A stretch of 64,000 nt of DNA. Source: Halocafeteria seosinensis. Lineage: Eukaryota. Under the pieces are notes generated by a model, which searched no databases, was not told where the DNA came from, and saw only the letters and a program-made list of their open reading frames with translations. Position numbers and translations under genes: made by a program. Position 1 is the stretch's first letter. Each line of letters starts with the position of its first letter. Positions 59,342 to 64,000 of this stretch are shown in pieces. The stretch spans positions 1 through 64,000 of the forward strand of contig LVLI01000294.1 in NCBI GenBank assembly GCA_001687465.1, given 5' to 3'.

Positions 59342-62233
59342 ATGTCTGGGGAAGCACCGAGAACCCATAGTCTAGATCAACTCCCAGGAGATGAAGATGA
59401 TGAACATGTCTATGCGCATGAAGATAATAACACAGAAATCGAAGAAGAGACGGAAGGAAGCCAAAATGAGGAGAGTTCAGAATTTGATCGACATCCTAAC
59501 GCCAAAGTAGCATCTTTACAGGAAGAATTCCATTCCAGGCAATTCAGCAGAACTCCCCCTCAAGAAGGATCTTCTATGTCGGAACCTGCCCCTCGTACCG
59601 CTGCACTTGCAGCAGAAGAGGAAATTAACGAGTACGGGACAAATGCCGAAGACTCCTCATGGACAGCCGAGTAAGTTGCTGCGAGAAAACAGAGAATTGC
59701 AGGTACAACGTGATTCCCTGGGTTTATTACTGACGCAGTCGTTTTGCCAGATTATTTGGAGTTTCCTGGAATCAGAGTCAGCCACACACAGTAGTTAGTA
59801 CAGTGGGAGCAGACCAAGCCTTGTCCGAAGGAGATTCTTCCGGCCACGGGCGATATAGTAGCTTCGACGCCTCTGAGTCTAGCACAACCACCATGTTTAG
59901 CGCAGCATCTTCACAAGGAGAGCACTCGCGCACGGAAAAGTATGGAGTGGTGCGCAGCAAGGATGATAACGATAGACAGTCGGTAACAAGACTACACAGC
60001 AAAGAACCTGACGAGCTATTCCACAGCGACGGGGTAACCCGGGAACACCAAGCCTATAAGCGCCGAACATGGAAGAACTCAGGCTTCTTCTCACAAATCG
60101 GTTCAATGACATCATTTTCTATATTTAGCAGAGGTAATCCTGGCTGGCATTCTTTACTTTTCCGTTAATGGATACTAGTTTCTTCTCTTTCTGCAGGGCG
60201 GAAGACGACCGAGCGGCGCGTCGATTCTCAAGCTTCGTCGCCCTTAGAGGAAGTTGATAGTGCAGCAAGTACTGGTGGGAGCAACACTGATGGAGAAGAT
60301 CAAAGTACATTGGAAGGGAAAAAAGATATTGCTTCCAACGATGATATCTCTCCTCCTCCGTCACCTCAAGAGCTAGGCTTACCTGGCGAAGTATCCAGTG
60401 CCGTTGAGGCAATGGAAAAAATCCAAGAGCTAGTAAGGGGAACAGACTTCAAGAAAGCAATACGTCATCTTCATAGACGGTGTTTAGAAAAAGAAGAAGA
60501 ATGTTCTCACTTGTACGAGCAATGCTATCAACTGAGGGATGAACGAAAGACAACTAGGAAACAGCTGGAATCGCTAAGGAAGAAGACCAAGGAGCAGGAG
60601 AAAACCATCAATAGATTAAAGGAAACGCTGCGGGAAGTACGCTCGAACCAGTTTGGTGCTAAAACGATGTCGGATGTGTTGCAAAATCTTTCGGAAATGA
60701 GGCAAGGGATTGAATTGAAGAATGCGGAAGCAAGCGTCACGGACACTGCAGAAGAAAGCAACGGGAAGTCAAGGCGACTGTCGGAATCTGATGCCTCTCA
60801 AAAGTACGAATCAGAAAATGTTCTTCCCCATGAGAAGCGAATTGAAATGCTGGAAAAGGTTTATAACGCTGCTGATGGTTTACGAAACCACGCAAAGTAT
60901 CTTCTAGAAACTGACAAACTGCATGAGACGTCAAAGGTATCACAAGCTACAGAAAAAAGCGCACAAGAAGAGGAGCAAACTGCAGAATTTCAGGTTTCGA
61001 GTAGACGGTCAAGCCATATTCGGTTTCTCCCTAAAATACTTGGCGATCCAACCCGAACGCGAGGACGTGGAATCCGCGTCCTGTCCATGGACGGTGGCGG
61101 AGTTCGGTATGTTTTATCACTAGTTGTCCGTGCTGGACTCGCTTACAATGACACGCGTATGATTGTCATCCAGAGGCCTCTTGACACTAGAGTATCTAAG
61201 GCAACTCGAACACAATACGGGGAAGCGAGTAAGTAGCCCGTCCATCAATTGGATTGGTTAATGCTGAAGCGGCGAGTGCATGTATACAGGTACATGAGAT
61301 GTTTGACCTGATTGTTGGCACTTCAACGGGAGGATTTCTTGCGACGTTATTAGGTTTGAAAAATTTAACAATCGACGAGGTGAGAGAAAAATACGACAGA
61401 ATAAGAGCGACGTTTGGTGGCCAGAACGCGATATGGAGGTCAGTGCCGGTGCCTTCGTTGGTTGCATTGTTCGGTTTCCGAAATACTCCACAATGAATTT
61501 GCATCGTTTTACGTGCAGTGAAGTAAAACGGTTCGCCACGGGCTCATCGCATGACGCGCATGCCTTTTCTAAGTTTCTTTTTGAAATTTTTGGCGATGAA
61601 AAAATGGATGAGTCTGTTCCTATTCCAAAAGTATGCGTCGTTTCAGCCGCAGTAGACCCCTATCCTCCGGAGCCCTATCTTTTCCGAAACTATGAATTGT
61701 CTGCATCTGTGAAACCCCATGCCGAGTTCATGGGCACTTCGTCTTGCAAAATGGCCGAGGCAGTGCAGGCGACAACTTGCGCGCCGACATATTACACCCC
61801 GGCAGTGATAGGTGGCCAGAAATTTGTAGATGGAGCAATCGTGGCAAATAATCCAGCAGCCATTGCGCTAACTGAGGCGGCGCTCCTATGGCCCGACCGT
61901 CATTTGGATTGCCTTGTATCGATGGGAACGGGAACACAAACCCCCCGCACAAACAACGTGAACAGCGTCATGGCTTGGGTCCGCACGGTGGTTGAGCTAG
62001 GAATGTCAAATCATATTACACATAAAATTGTCTCGACGGCGCTTGGAGCGAAGTACTACAGGTTCGATGCGGAGGGATTAGGAGATATAGATCTGACGGA
62101 ATACCGACAAGACGTTTTAGATAATATGATCACGAAAGGAAAACGGTATATCCAAAGAGAGAAGGGAAAATTCGATGAACTGTCACGGCTTTTAACGGCG
62201 CTTCCTCTTAATCAAGGGGACGACAGTATGTGA
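59342..62233 (+). CDS. Patatin-like phospholipase (iPLA2-gamma/PNPLA8-like) with N-terminal disordered and coiled-coil region
   Basis: RVLSMDGGGVRG, FDLIVGTSTGG, PYLFRNY, APTYY, DGAIVANNP and CLVSMGTG; multi-exon. Confidence 0.92.
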
Positions 62234-62246
62234 GAGGACTGGTGCT

Positions 62247-64000
62247 TCATGGAAGCGCACCTTTGACTACCCATCGTTGAGCTGTAGAGGTGTTACATGG
62301 TAAAGCAAATGTTACAGTGCACTGAGCTTGATAACAATTTCTTACTTCGTTTCCCAGAGGCCAACGCCTCAAACTGAGGTGATTCATTGAGTATGTCCTT
62401 CACGTGCTTTCGAATGGACACTTCCTGTGCCAGTTTATCTTCCGGATCACTGCGTAGAGTGTAACTATAGTAACTTCCCTTCCTTCTGAATCTAAATGGG
62501 CGTTACTAACTTTTGTTTAATATGGCGAGCAATGTCCACAGCAGTAACTTCGTTTTGTCCCATTGCCCTAATAGCCTGCGATCATGTCTCGTAGTGTGTG
62601 GTAGACCACCATCGGTACGACGGCAAATTACTCACATTGAACGTTGCATCTCGATATTGCTCCTTACGTCCTGACTGTGGCCTGCTTTCACTTTGGGAAG
62701 AAGCAGTGGCCGGCGCAGCCGGGCTACCTCTTTGTTCCCAATGTTTAGCAGTGGCCTTTGACTTAGTAGATAGGAGTTCATCTTTACTCGTAACCACTGA
62801 ATCAACCGATTCCTGAGCGCAAGTAGTGGCAGAATCAGAAGGCTCCATATTGTGCACGTTGGACTCAGTAGATGTCGGTACAAGCGTCGTATCCACGCGG
62901 GAGCCAGAGTTCTGTAGCGGTTGATCTGCTTCTTGAGCGCTTGCAGAAGACAAAACCCAATGTGCTGCGAGTGGACGATTATCTACATCTGTCTTCGTAT
63001 ATTCTAAAGAGAATACGTCTGGCTTACTCTTTGAACCCTGGGATGAGATGGTGGTAAACTGCGGGGACTCATTGAGTACGTCTCTCACGTTCCTTCTGAC
63101 TGTAACTTCCTGAGGGAGTTTATCCTCAGGATCGCTGCAACTACGAGCCAGTGATTCATAATGGATGTGCCGCACCTTGCTCTCTGTACTAATACGCACT
63201 TTTGTTTTAGGTAACGAGCAATTTCTACGGCATTGATTTCATTCTTCCCCAGAGCCCGCATTGCCTGTAAAAAAACCAAAAAATCTCCAAGTACCCGGGA
63301 AACATTGTTTGTTTACAACAAGCACCGTAGCCAAACATTACCTCCAACACTCCCTCCAGGTATTGGCTCTTACGCGCAGTTTTCGATGTTATTTGCTCAG
63401 CAGCTGTAACGGATGCTGCTAAGGACACGCCATTTGCTGGATTACCTTCTTGATCCATCATAGAGGCGGATTGTTCGGCAGCGGTCACTCCTGGAGCTTG
63501 TGACGTTCCGGCAGAGGTCTGTTCAATAGCAGAGCGCGGTATACCGTCACCAGCGGAAGAAGCTGAAATAGTCACCTCCGGAGTGTAGGCAACCGAAGTC
63601 GGTGCTTCGGCTGCAGTCGCGGTTGTGGCACATGTTTGGGACAATTGTGTACTCACTGCAGTTCCCAAATAGGCAGAACGGTCGCCCTCAAGGATCCAAT
63701 ATTGAGCTGTAAGCACACAGTCGTGAACCGGAACTGACCAGCACTAAAAACTACCGTTTTCCGTCCTTACTCTTCTTGCCTTCTACTGGCAAGGCTCTGA
63801 AATCCGGAGATAAGTTCAAGAAATCCTTCACATGTTTACGTACGGATGCTTCTTGAGGCAGTTTATCGTATATGTCACTGCACGGAGAAACGGGTAGAAA
63901 AGGTAGCTACTACCACGAAACGGTTTTGGAAATCCCTTACTTTTGTTTAAGATATCGGGCGATGCCCACGGCACTGACTTCAATCTTGCCCATGGTCCTA
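62247..64000 (-). CDS. Protein with at least three tandem winged-helix-like repeats (5' end beyond window)
   Basis: Three spliced copies of R-x-M/L-G-x-x-E-V/I-x-A-V-x-I-A-R-Y/H-L/I-K-Q-N|D-x-x-D-K-L-x-Q-E-x-x-V/I-R-x-x-V-K/R-D-x-L-N-x-S-P-x-F, separated by S/T/A-rich linkers. Confidence 0.8.

Overview
Gene-dense eukaryotic nuclear DNA with about 30 protein genes and mostly short (60-90 nt) GT-AG introns. Divergent genes share short promoters, and convergent genes nearly abut or overlap. The gene content (mitochondrial HslV, class I-like PI3K, WNK, RHL1-like, LSH-like) suggests a heterotrophic protist, possibly a stramenopile; this is inference only. Spliced genes were rebuilt by hand, including several missing from or fragmented in the ORF track (Rieske ISP, mL41, RHL1-like, an 85-aa four-exon microprotein). 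Highlights: (1) four box C/D snoRNA-like RNAs at 50.5-51.2 kb in introns of an apparently non-coding host, three with non-canonical C/D boxes and one with a 12-nt guide matching the LSU rRNA 5' region; (2) a class I-like PI3K with N-terminal cyclic-nucleotide-binding and GAF domains; (3) a multi-stem RNA candidate of about 240 nt at 15.44-15.69 kb; (4) a homolog of the plant topoisomerase VI subunit RHL1; (5) a TPR-TMEM33-CaaX fusion; (6) a protein with at least three tandem winged-helix-like repeats that share intron positions; (7) a 5-nt microexon in RPE; (8) a 15-nt antisense CDS overlap. No tRNA, rRNA, CRISPR array or transposon was recognised. All family calls are from motif recognition by eye; no database searches were run.
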